The notes under the pieces are model-generated. The model worked only from the letters and a program-made list of their open reading frames with translations, had not been told where the DNA came from and did no database searches. The translations under genes and the position numbers were made by a program. From an uncultured Methanosarcinales archaeon (GTDB lineage: Archaea; Nanobdellota; Nanobdellia; Woesearchaeales; CAZOXR01), in assembly GCA_964566535.1 (NCBI GenBank), contig CAZMIO010000004.1, positions 1-64,000 of the forward strand: DNA of 64,000 nt, given 5' to 3'. Positions 1 through 8,823 of this stretch are shown one piece after another. The stretch's first letter is position 1. Each line of letters opens with the position of its first letter.

Positions 1-185
1 AAGCAAGAGGTTATGTAGCTATCAACTGCATCAAACCTAGATTCTTTTGATTGTGCTTGTTTTTGTTCCTTTTCAACTTGCTTTTTTGCTGTATAAGTTA
101 AGATGAAGATGAAGAATGATATTGTAATCAATAGCACAAAGCCTACGATAATGAACAAACTTATTTGTGATTTTTTTTGTTTCAT
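1..185 (-). CDS. Partial (runs off window edge) protein with class III/pilin-like signal peptide
   Basis: Manual translation from ATG at 185: MKQKKSQISLFIIVGFVLLITISFFIFILTYT...; KKSQ followed by a hydrophobic stretch; directly downstream of the 1315-aa gene. Confidence 0.7.
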   Translation of the reverse strand, partial: MKQKKSQISLFIIVGFVLLITISFFIFILTYTAKKQVEKEQKQAQSKESRFDAVDSYITSC

Positions 186-190
186 TTTTT

Positions 191-3100
191 TTATGTTTCT
201 GTAACTATGACAGTTATGGTGTCGATTCCTACAGCCCCTCTACTGTCAGTGACAGTTAAAGTTACAGTATAAATCCCTGCTGTGGGGTACCGGTAATTTA
301 TGATACTACTTCCCACAGTAGTTCGATCATCCCCCAAATCCCACTTGTAAGTAATTATGCCACCAACCGGACTATTCCCCCCGCCATTAAAAGTAATGCT
401 CTCATCGACTATTACTTGTAAGTTGTCTGATGGAGTAGTTATTTCAGCTGTTGGAGGGGGCAGTGCGTCTGGATTAATTCTTATCTTAGATGTTAGGTCT
501 GGCCATATCCCATTTAAAGAGTTAGAATCAGCTATTGCTGTGACTAAATAGTGATGTGGGTCAGTAGCGTGGGGTACGCATTGGAGGGAAGCCAAGTTAG
601 GGTAGTTAGCTATCTGTTCACAAACGTCCATTGCGAAACCGAGATATTCCACTGCGAGATAGTCTTTGGAAGGGGTGGGTTCAATTACTCCAATTATTGT
701 CCTCTCGTTTTTCGCAGCCAAGTATACTTTATTTAGTTTTTGATGTGCCGCTATTTGGGGTGGAAGCTGTGTAGATGGTTTCTGTTCGAACCAAGCAATA
801 AGTGAAGAGACTGCATTGGTGATAGTGGTCCAAATGCCCCTCCCTGCAGATGATTTGAAGATGATTAAGTTTTTCTCATTATTATAATAAGCATCTAGTG
901 AGCCGCACTTCTGAAAGTCGCTGCTTGGGGTTAATGATCTGCATTCGCCAGAATTTAGGCTTGCCTTTGATAAGAATAAATCTAATTGTCCTAAGTCATC
1001 CACTGATGTTCCTATGACTATATCTGTTCTTGATTTTAATACGCAGAAAGGATTTTCAAATGGACCGGAAGGCTTATTGAGTGAAGCTTCTTTATCGTCA
1101 CAGAATAATGTATAATCTGAAGGATTTGAGAACTCAACTAACTTTTCAACTATTAATTTTGTTCTTGAAGACCAAACCGCATTTCCGTCAGCTAGTAATT
1201 CGCAGTAGTTGTCCCCCTTGTCCGTTTCTCCGTCTTCATTAACATAAGTTCCTGCTTCTACGCATGAAGGGGTTGCTGTAGCGCCTGCGAAGCATTGGTC
1301 TGTCCTGCATATTCCTGTTTCGGAGGTTGAGAAATGGTATTTGGATCTAAGTTCGTCCCAAGTTCCATCTGTACATTCATAATCTAAACTAGGATCGTTA
1401 AGTAGTCTTACTCCTGATGCGACGCATTTCGCACCATTCCAGCAATTATCGTTATGGCAGCACCCCGGAGTGCCTGTTCCGCCTGGGCGAGAGGAGGATT
1501 GTATCCCTATTGAAGGATCATAAGGTATTGTTGTGCCATCAAGATCAACTTCGTTAGTGAATTCTGTTTCACCGTAGTTACAATAGAAGCTGCTATCTGG
1601 GCCAGGAACCTGACATCGGCTTACTGAATAGTAGGTTGGTTGTTGATCTGCAGGGAAGGTTGGACGAACTTCTGGACCGCAAATATTCCATTGTGAATAA
1701 TAGTACATAACATTGTTCCAGGCATCGTCCCTAAGGGAATCCCCCACTCGGACATTGTTGGGAACTCCTCGGCGGTCCCAGCAGCCGGCCAAGGTATGTT
1801 GGCTGCTTGCCCCTCCCCCCATTAGTAAAGAAGGGTGGAAACCACAGCACCTATTGCCCGTCCACATATATCCCGGTTGTTCGTTACATGCTTGAAGATC
1901 ATTATGGAAAAGGTCGGGGTCACCGTCCCATTCGTATATTAGGTCTGCCCCATCATCTTTTAATGTACAGTACCTATTTGTATTCCCGGTTGTGATACTA
2001 AATGCATCTAAGAAGATTAGATCATAATAAAATTCTCTTGGCCAAAGGTCAGTAGAAATGTCTTTGGCGATGGATGCAGGTACATCTTCTGACTTTAATT
2101 CTATAGATATCCTTACTACTTTTTCCCTTTGGTCTGTAGGAAGTTCCTCATCTAAGTCGATTTTAACTCTGTGCCAGATTCCGGGGCGAATGTCTCCTTC
2201 GATAAACTCTGTGAGTGAGATTTCGGAGATGGCTGAGTTCACATCTGGGCTATTGGGGTCGGTAGGATCGTTGTATTCTATGGTTATTGTATATACTTCT
2301 GGCATTTTTGCACTGAAAAAGGAGAATTCGAGATACTCTTTGATCTCAGGATTGTTCCTGTTACCAGACCAGTCAGTTTTTAAAAGTTCTAGGTACTCTT
2401 CATCTACTGGTTCTTCTTCGGAAGGTCTTTCTCTTAGTTGTACATCATACCATGTGAATGAGTTTGTGCCCCTTGGGACCCTATATAAACCAATTGCCCC
2501 AATGTTATTATAAAGACATCTACTTCCCGGTTTTAATTCTCCGTCCGTTGCACAGTTTTCTATTGTTCCGTAATCTTTAAATGTGGTTGCCCTAGAACCA
2601 GGGTAGAAATCGTGAGCCAGGTCTTCGGTATTTGCACCACAACCGGCCCAGAATCCGACGTTTCCTTTTTTTATGCACATCCATTGAGGGGCAGGTATGC
2701 TACTGCCCGCAGGCCCATCGTCCCCATCGCCTGTGCCAGTAGAAAATTCTTCCCCCGCAATACTATAACGGACATCTGTGAGGGGGATGTTTTTCTTATC
2801 CATGCTTCCAGAATCATAATCTTCGTCATCGTCGGGCGGGTCAATTTCGTTTGTTCGAAAGTTGGTGTTTACGAGGGGAGGTTGCCAGTCTGGTGCTTTG
2901 GCATAGAAGATATGTGAGTCTACCGCTTCTGCCCCCAGATTTTCTTCTATGCTTGCTCGAAGGTGTGAAGTTCCTCCTGCTGGTCCACAGGCAAGCCAGG
3001 CATCTGCATTAATTCTGCCGTCTTTTGAGGGGAATCTGTAGTTCGAGTTAGCCAGTAAGTCGAAGAATACTAATTGTGGTGCTGATGCACGGTAGACCCT

Positions 3101-4138
3101 TGTTGAAATAAGTTCTTTTGAGAGGTCTACATAATCTGTTGCGCGTTTCCATTTCCATTCATCATTAAAGAATGTGCAGATGTATTCTATGTTTCCTTCA
3201 TCAGTATCTAAGAATAAATAACCATTATCCCTCCCGCCGTCTTGGTTTGGGTCATCTCCGCAACAGCCGTCTGAGCCGTCATGGGCTATGGGATTTGCGA
3301 ATTTGGTTAGGACTGCTTCGTTGAAGTCTCCTTCTACAGCTTCGCACATAGCAGCATAGGTGTCCTGAGCAGGGTTTGGGCCATTAACTCCGTCGCTTCC
3401 TTCGTCTCCATGTTCCGCTCCTCCGCAGAGAGGGGTTCTTTTTCCGGGGCCTGGTGCCCCTCCTTCTCCCCCTATTGTGTCAAAAACAATCTCTTTAGAA
3501 AGGGTATTGTAGAATAGATTTATCCGTCCCCCTGCTCCTCCGCCTCCCCCGCCACAACCGGCATTTCCCACACTTCCTCCTCTGCTTCCTGGTCCGCCAA
3601 CCCCTCCTTTAGCTGAAATTTTTCCTGTACCAGTGATGTCTATTGCATTGATAGTAATTTCTCCCCCTGAGCCCCCGCCCCCTGATTTTGTACAAGCATC
3701 GCAGTTTTCTCCTGCTATCCCTTGTGTCCCATCAAATCCGCTTGCATCAATCTCCCCCACTACATTAAGTTCTGTTGCTATATTAAGAGTTATTGTGCCT
3801 CCTGCGAAGCCTCCGCTTTGTCCTTGTGAACCAAATCCTCCTCCATTCCTTCCGCTAACTCCATCCTTTGGTCTTGAGGGATGCCAGCTACACCAGACAA
3901 CACACCCTGCTTTGTCTCCTCCTGCTCCTCCTGTGCCCCCCCCACCAATACTTGCATCATAACCCACAGTATTAGCCAGTACCCTAATCGTTGCAGTGCC
4001 TTCAACAGTTAATGAATGGAAATTATAAGTTCCGCCGTGAGATAGTGAACAGTCGGTACTGACTACACAATCGTCGTTTTCTGCACAGCCGCAGCCTGCT
4101 GCGAAGGTGAAATTACTGAAAATCAAGGAAACTGCCAT
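191..4138 (-). CDS. Large secreted/surface protein: Gly-rich N-terminus, Cys-rich modules, C-terminal PKD domain (true start probably upstream, ~4222-4225)
   Basis: 1315-aa ORF; GGGGSGG repeats, GCCGDD and CC motifs, C-terminal 'ITYKWDLGD...YRYPTAGIYTVTLTVTDSRG' PKD signature. Confidence 0.8.
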   Translation of the reverse strand: MAVSLIFSNFTFAAGCGCAENDDCVVSTDCSLSHGGTYNFHSLTVEGTATIRVLANTVGYDASIGGGGTGGAGGDKAGCVVWCSWHPSRPKDGVSGRNGGGFGSQGQSGGFAGGTITLNIATELNVVGEIDASGFDGTQGIAGENCDACTKSGGGGSGGEITINAIDITGTGKISAKGGVGGPGSRGGSVGNAGCGGGGGGAGGRINLFYNTLSKEIVFDTIGGEGGAPGPGKRTPLCGGAEHGDEGSDGVNGPNPAQDTYAAMCEAVEGDFNEAVLTKFANPIAHDGSDGCCGDDPNQDGGRDNGYLFLDTDEGNIEYICTFFNDEWKWKRATDYVDLSKELISTRVYRASAPQLVFFDLLANSNYRFPSKDGRINADAWLACGPAGGTSHLRASIEENLGAEAVDSHIFYAKAPDWQPPLVNTNFRTNEIDPPDDDEDYDSGSMDKKNIPLTDVRYSIAGEEFSTGTGDGDDGPAGSSIPAPQWMCIKKGNVGFWAGCGANTEDLAHDFYPGSRATTFKDYGTIENCATDGELKPGSRCLYNNIGAIGLYRVPRGTNSFTWYDVQLRERPSEEEPVDEEYLELLKTDWSGNRNNPEIKEYLEFSFFSAKMPEVYTITIEYNDPTDPNSPDVNSAISEISLTEFIEGDIRPGIWHRVKIDLDEELPTDQREKVVRISIELKSEDVPASIAKDISTDLWPREFYYDLIFLDAFSITTGNTNRYCTLKDDGADLIYEWDGDPDLFHNDLQACNEQPGYMWTGNRCCGFHPSLLMGGGASSQHTLAGCWDRRGVPNNVRVGDSLRDDAWNNVMYYYSQWNICGPEVRPTFPADQQPTYYSVSRCQVPGPDSSFYCNYGETEFTNEVDLDGTTIPYDPSIGIQSSSRPGGTGTPGCCHNDNCWNGAKCVASGVRLLNDPSLDYECTDGTWDELRSKYHFSTSETGICRTDQCFAGATATPSCVEAGTYVNEDGETDKGDNYCELLADGNAVWSSRTKLIVEKLVEFSNPSDYTLFCDDKEASLNKPSGPFENPFCVLKSRTDIVIGTSVDDLGQLDLFLSKASLNSGECRSLTPSSDFQKCGSLDAYYNNEKNLIIFKSSAGRGIWTTITNAVSSLIAWFEQKPSTQLPPQIAAHQKLNKVYLAAKNERTIIGVIEPTPSKDYLAVEYLGFAMDVCEQIANYPNLASLQCVPHATDPHHYLVTAIADSNSLNGIWPDLTSKIRINPDALPPPTAEITTPSDNLQVIVDESITFNGGGNSPVGGIITYKWDLGDDRTTVGSSIINYRYPTAGIYTVTLTVTDSRGAVGIDTITVIVTET

Positions 4139-4221
4139 TAAGATTAAAACTAAAACTAGCTTGTTTTTAGTTTTGGGTCCGTTCTCTTCCCTCTTTTTTT
4201 GTTTACTCGTTTTGTGGAATA

Positions 4222-4368
4222 TTATTTTCTCCCTCTTTTTTCGTCTTTTTCTACCTTTTCCCGAATAGCATCGTTAATATAATCAATTAGAGTCATATTA
4301 TGGATTAAAGAATTAAGTTTAGCTTTTTTATGAAGCCCTGTATCAACTTCTATGTTTACGCGCGCCAT
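4222..4368 (-). CDS. Small ribbon-helix-helix-like DNA-binding protein (48 aa, not in ORF track)
   Basis: Manual translation MARVNIEVDTGLHKKAKLNSLIHNMTLIDYINDAIREKVEKDEKRGRK; alternating beta-strand followed by two helices, typical of the RHH/CopG fold. Confidence 0.7.
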   Translation of the reverse strand: MARVNIEVDTGLHKKAKLNSLIHNMTLIDYINDAIREKVEKDEKRGRK

Positions 4369-4505
4369 CTTTTTGGGTGGAAATAACTTAGTTAACTTGC
4401 TTTAATAAGCTTAATAAGCTCAATTAGTTAGATACATTAAAGTACATAAGTTATTTTTAAGAAACTAGTATTTAAAAGTTTCGAAAATGCCAATAGAAAA
4501 CAAAG

Positions 4506-5021
4506 TTATCTCAAAATTAGATTAAAAAAAGAAGAAATATCAGAATAGTTCCTCATCTGGTAAGGATTTGAAGCAAATGAACCAAAAATTACATCAACAC
4601 CATACTTTTTAGCCAACCTTAAGTTTAATTTTGCATTTTTAGTAAACATACGTTTTTTTGTCAAAAAGCTAGAAAATGAAAATGCTAAATTAACATCATT
4701 TTTCTTAGCCAATTTACATAAAACGTGATTAAAATTAGTGTTCTCACAACCATACAGTACATTAAAGAATGGTTTTTCTAAAAAAGATTGATTTTTCTGA
4801 GAAGATTCGGTTAAAATGTAATCAACTTGTTGTTTAATTTGTTTTTTTGTTTTTATCCCAATTAAAAGTTTAATTTTCGTTTTTTCTTGTAATTTTTTAA
4901 TTTTCTCCTTTAATTGAAGAGAATAATTACCATAAATCAAACATAGTTGCTTATAACCCAATTTAGAAGCAATATCAATAAACTCAACTTCATTACCATT
5001 TGGAAAAATATAATCCATCAT
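4506..5021 (-). CDS. rnp3: RNase P protein subunit Rpp30-like
   Basis: 'ASKLGYKQL', 'FNHVLCKLAKKNDVNLAFSF', 'LAKKYGVDVIFGSFASNPYQMR' match the Rpp30 pattern. Confidence 0.75.
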   Translation of the reverse strand: MMDYIFPNGNEVEFIDIASKLGYKQLCLIYGNYSLQLKEKIKKLQEKTKIKLLIGIKTKKQIKQQVDYILTESSQKNQSFLEKPFFNVLYGCENTNFNHVLCKLAKKNDVNLAFSFSSFLTKKRMFTKNAKLNLRLAKKYGVDVIFGSFASNPYQMRNYSDISSFFNLILR

Positions 5022-5116
5022 AAGCCAGTGATTAGTTAAGAATTATATAAACGTTGTTGTTGAGAAGATAAATATTTATATCATTTAATCAAATTTATTA
5101 TTATTAATTACAAAAG

Positions 5117-5680
5117 GTGATAATTATGGGATGGAATCCGTTTAAAACAAAAAGTGCAAACGCAGCAGAAGTAAAAGTTCCGGCAGCAGTTCAAACTGCC
5201 GAGTTTAGTAAACATTATGGGGGTCCTCAATGGATTAAAAGCCAAATGGAGATAGAGGAAAAAGATGATGTTGCTGAGATGTTGGGAGTAGAGGCGTGTG
5301 CTAAAGAGATTGTAGGAGTTTATGGTGAACTTCGAAGAGCTAGGAGTTTACTACATGATAAGGATAGAAGGGAAGTAGACGTTCCAACTAAAAGCATTAT
5401 TCAACGAGCAGGGGTTTTGGCAGGCAGCCTTATTAGAATAAGGACTAGGTTAAGGGAATTAAGTAAGGTTGGTGGCAGTAGTCCGCTTGACTTAAAAATT
5501 AGAAGGGAGATGGCTGCTTTTTTAAATGAGATTATACAAACTGGAGGTACTAAAGAAACCCCCTCAAATGCTATTGATGGAATTATAAAGATGTATAATG
5601 GTTGGTTGGTTGCTTTAAGGGAGGGGAATGTTGTAGGGATAAAACAAGCAGGGGCCCCATTTATTTATTTAATCATGTAA
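5117..5680 (+). CDS. Hypothetical helical protein; possibly continues into 5602..5844 via a -1 frameshift
   Basis: 187-aa ORF with upstream TATA-like tttata and ggtga RBS-like sequence; no family recognised. Confidence 0.55.
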   Translation: MIIMGWNPFKTKSANAAEVKVPAAVQTAEFSKHYGGPQWIKSQMEIEEKDDVAEMLGVEACAKEIVGVYGELRRARSLLHDKDRREVDVPTKSIIQRAGVLAGSLIRIRTRLRELSKVGGSSPLDLKIRREMAAFLNEIIQTGGTKETPSNAIDGIIKMYNGWLVALREGNVVGIKQAGAPFIYLIM

Positions 5681-5844
5681 ATACTTTAATCGCTGCTTTC
5701 AGGAAGGTGCTTTCCATACTCGTAAGGGACTTTGATGACCTTAAGCACCACCTAAAGACTGCCGATACAGTTATTGCAGATATAAGGCAACGATCAAGGA
5801 GCACAGTTACTATTAAAAAAGTAAGGGTTTCAAAGGCAGCATGA

Positions 5845-6660
5845 TCATTGGAATTCTTTTAATTTTTCTTTAATTTCTTTCTCAGAATAGCCAATCAAAG
5901 GCCTAAGAACCAAATGAGAATCAATATTTTTAAGATTCTCAAGTGTTTGATTAACGACAATTGCCTTATCGCAATTTAATTCAGTTAAATCCCCAATAAT
6001 CTTCAATTTAACCTTAGAATCAAATTTATTAAGTAAAGTTATGTCAATTTCCTTATATGCTACTGGATAAATCGCACAACCGCGCTTCATTGCCAATATC
6101 GCGGCCAATAAACTAGACCTGTCCTCAATTAAGGCATAAACCGAACCTTCTATGCCAACTGGAAGTCCACCATTTGCAGGAATAATTTCAGTAAAAATAT
6201 AAGTATCGTCCGCTATTTCAACATAAAGAGTTAAGTCAGGATCTTTTAATTTAACTTTAGCTTTTGTTTTTTCTGCAATTATGCTACCAATTTGAACGTT
6301 AACTTGCATGGAAGTCAAATTAAATCGCTTATCTTGCCTATTCGTATCTATTTTGAATGTTTTTTTATCATTTAATTTAGTTTTCGCAAATTCAATACAT
6401 TTTTCAGTTATTCCCTTAATGTTTGATTCGACCCCTGTAGCATAACTAAATGAAGTTATCCCAAATACCTCTTTCAAAAAACCACATTTATCATTAGTTT
6501 CAATCAAAATCCTTCCGCGAGGCCTAGAAACTGAAGAATAGTCGGTTTTATTCAATTTTAAGAACGATTTGATATTGTAAATTAATTTTTCCTCAAAAAA
6601 CTTCCTATTCTTACCCTTAAGTGCTATTTCACCATACCTTACAATAATTGTGTTGTGCAT
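5845..6660 (-). CDS. THUMP-domain protein, ThiI-like with degenerate PP-loop
   Basis: 'IIVRYGEIALKGKNRKFFE', THUMP region, 'GGLPVG...AMKRG', 'VLRPLIG'; SGGxDS absent. Confidence 0.8.
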   Translation of the reverse strand: MHNTIIVRYGEIALKGKNRKFFEEKLIYNIKSFLKLNKTDYSSVSRPRGRILIETNDKCGFLKEVFGITSFSYATGVESNIKGITEKCIEFAKTKLNDKKTFKIDTNRQDKRFNLTSMQVNVQIGSIIAEKTKAKVKLKDPDLTLYVEIADDTYIFTEIIPANGGLPVGIEGSVYALIEDRSSLLAAILAMKRGCAIYPVAYKEIDITLLNKFDSKVKLKIIGDLTELNCDKAIVVNQTLENLKNIDSHLVLRPLIGYSEKEIKEKLKEFQ

Positions 6661-6723
6661 TAGAAAAAAGAGTATATTTTTGTTTAAATAGTTATTGTAT
6701 GTTCAAGGTGGTTTTACCGGGGT

Positions 6724-6747
6724 GTGACCCCTTTGTTTCTTCTGGAG
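6724..6747 (-). promoter_or_regulatory. Origin recognition box (ORB), left copy
   Basis: Reverse complement CTCCAGAAGAAACAAAGGGGTCAC resembles the archaeal ORB consensus TCCAGTGGAAAC-AAAGGGG. Confidence 0.8.
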
Positions 6748-7520
6748 TTTGTGGAAGTAGGTAGTTGTTGTGTGTTTGGTTTTGTTTTTTGGTGTTGTCG
6801 AGTTATTTTCTTGGTTTTTTTGTTAGTTGTAGGGTTATTTATTGATTTATTCTAGTATTGTCATTATTTTTTGTTTCTTTGGTCATTAGATCGTCAGTTT
6901 ATTTGTTATTTATTATCTCATTTTGTCATTATTCTTTTTTTTTTGTTATTTTTTGTTATTTTGTTTTGTTTTTCGTATTTTACTGATGGCTTTGTTTTTT
7001 TGTTATTTCTATTTTTTTTGTTTTTGTTTCATTGAAATTTTCTTTCTTTTAGTTGTTGTCTTCTTTTTTTCTATTTTATTATTAATCTTATTTATTTTAT
7101 TTTTATTATTACCTTTTTTGTTATTTTATTATTTTATTNNNNNNNNNNNNNNNNNNNNNNNNNNNNNNNNNNNNNNNNNNNNNNNNNNNNNNNNNNNNNN
7201 NNNNNNNNNNNNNNNNNNNNNNNNNNNNNNNNNNNNNNAATCTTATTTATTTTATTTTTATTATTACCTTTTTTGTTATTTTATTATTTTATTATTTTTT
7301 ATTTAATTATTATTTTTGTTTTTATTTCCCCTTTCCCATTATATTATTAATTATATATTTTATTTTATTTATTATATATTATATATATTATATTATTATT
7401 TTCTATATAGAAAATAAATAAATAATAAATAAAGATAATTAATAATAATAATAAAAAAAGAAAAACGAGAAAGAAAAAAGAAAAGAAAAAACAAAGGCCA
7501 CCAAAACAAAAAACAAAAAC

Positions 7521-7544
7521 TTCCACTGGAAACCAAGGGGTCAC
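7521..7544 (+). promoter_or_regulatory. Origin recognition box (ORB), right copy
   Basis: TTCCACTGGAAACCAAGGGGTCAC, near-canonical ORB with G-string; ~20 bp upstream of the cdc6 TATA box. Confidence 0.9.
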
Positions 7545-7595
7545 AGTAACTAGAGTATAATAAAATATATAAACCTACGTTTCTTATGGAAATGT

Positions 7596-8807
7596 ATGGG
7601 ACAAAAGGGATTAACATCGTTTTTTGAGGAATTTCTGGATAAAGAACCTTTATTTCAGAATAAGAGGGCGTTACAGAGCCAGTTTATGCCTGAATCTATC
7701 TCTCATAGGGACGTTCAGATAAAGCAGGTTGCTAACATCTTAGCACCAGCATTACGTTTGGAAAAACCATCCAACTTATTCGTTTATGGTAAAACTGGCA
7801 GTGGCAAGACGCTAACTGTAAAGTATACTATCGACAAAATGAATGAGGTAATAAACAAAAAAAAGATCCCGCTAAATATAATGTATCTCAATTGCAAACT
7901 AAAAAAAGTTGCAGATACAGAATATCGACTAATCGCACAGCTTGCAAGAAACTTCGGTAAAAGTATCCCTAGTACTGGACTACCTACAGAAGAAGTATAT
8001 AAGATCTTTTTTAGTGCACTAGATAACGAAAAAAAACTAGTCATACTAGTCTTAGACGAAATCGACCAATTAGTTAGGAAAACTGGGGATGAAATCTTAT
8101 ACAATCTAACCAGGATGAACGAAGAACTAAAAGAAACCCAGATATCTTTGATGGGCATTTCTAATGACCTTACCTTCATAGATGGCCTAGATCCAAGGGT
8201 AAAATCCTCTTTGTCTGAAGAAGAGCTCATTTTTCCACCTTATAATGCATTACAAATCCAGGAAATATTAAGGCAAAGGTCTAAAACGGCATTTAAGGAA
8301 GGGAGTTTAGAAAACGGACTAATTGAAAAATGTGCCGCATATTCTGCAAGGGAACATGGGGATGCAAGAAGGGCATTAGAGCTCTTAAGGGTCGCAGGAG
8401 AAGTTGCAGAAAGGGAAGGGGAAACCGTAGTAAAGATAGGTCACTTGGATAAGGCGGAAAATAAGATAGAAAAAGATAAAGTAATGGATATGGTCGCAAC
8501 ACAACCCAAACAATTCCAGGCAGTGTTATATGCAATCGTATTAGTTAACGAAAAGGGTAAAAATTCCATATTTACTGGGGAAGTTTATGATGTTTATAGG
8601 GATGTATGTTCAAAAACAGCATTACGGCCACTGACCCAAAGGAGAATTTCTGATGTTATTGCAGAGTTTGATATGTTTGGGATTATCAATATTAAAGTAA
8701 TTTCTAAAGGAAGGTATGGCAGAACAAGGGAAATTTCATTATCCACCCCATCATCAGTTATACCTAAGATAAAAAAGTTACTTGAAGACGACTTATCATT
8801 AAATTAA
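7596..8807 (+). CDS. cdc6: Orc1/Cdc6 replication initiator
   Basis: Walker A GKTGSGKT, Walker B LDEID, 'HGDARRAL', C-terminal wHTH 'SKGRYGRTR'. Confidence 0.97.
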   Translation: MGQKGLTSFFEEFLDKEPLFQNKRALQSQFMPESISHRDVQIKQVANILAPALRLEKPSNLFVYGKTGSGKTLTVKYTIDKMNEVINKKKIPLNIMYLNCKLKKVADTEYRLIAQLARNFGKSIPSTGLPTEEVYKIFFSALDNEKKLVILVLDEIDQLVRKTGDEILYNLTRMNEELKETQISLMGISNDLTFIDGLDPRVKSSLSEEELIFPPYNALQIQEILRQRSKTAFKEGSLENGLIEKCAAYSAREHGDARRALELLRVAGEVAEREGETVVKIGHLDKAENKIEKDKVMDMVATQPKQFQAVLYAIVLVNEKGKNSIFTGEVYDVYRDVCSKTALRPLTQRRISDVIAEFDMFGIINIKVISKGRYGRTREISLSTPSSVIPKIKKLLEDDLSLN

Positions 8808-8823
8808 TCATCATTCTTACATT

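Larger units (their letters stand above)
6724..7544. other. oriC: Chromosomal replication origin oriC (inverted ORBs flanking an AT-rich DUE)
   Basis: Non-coding, extremely AT-rich, T-rich to A-rich strand switch near 7400, two inverted ORBs, immediately upstream of cdc6/orc1. Confidence 0.85.

Noticed and set aside
7084..7293. 55-bp direct repeat flanking the N gap (7084-7138 = 7239-7293)
   Set aside because: Exactly 55 bp on both sides of a 100-N gap, and the same pattern occurs at the second gap; consistent with a k=55 assembler overlap, not an iteron
6923..7617. Phe/Leu/Ile-rich ORFs 6923..7306 (+) and 7396..7617 (-)
   Set aside because: Translations of low-complexity T-rich origin DNA, one spanning Ns; not credible proteins
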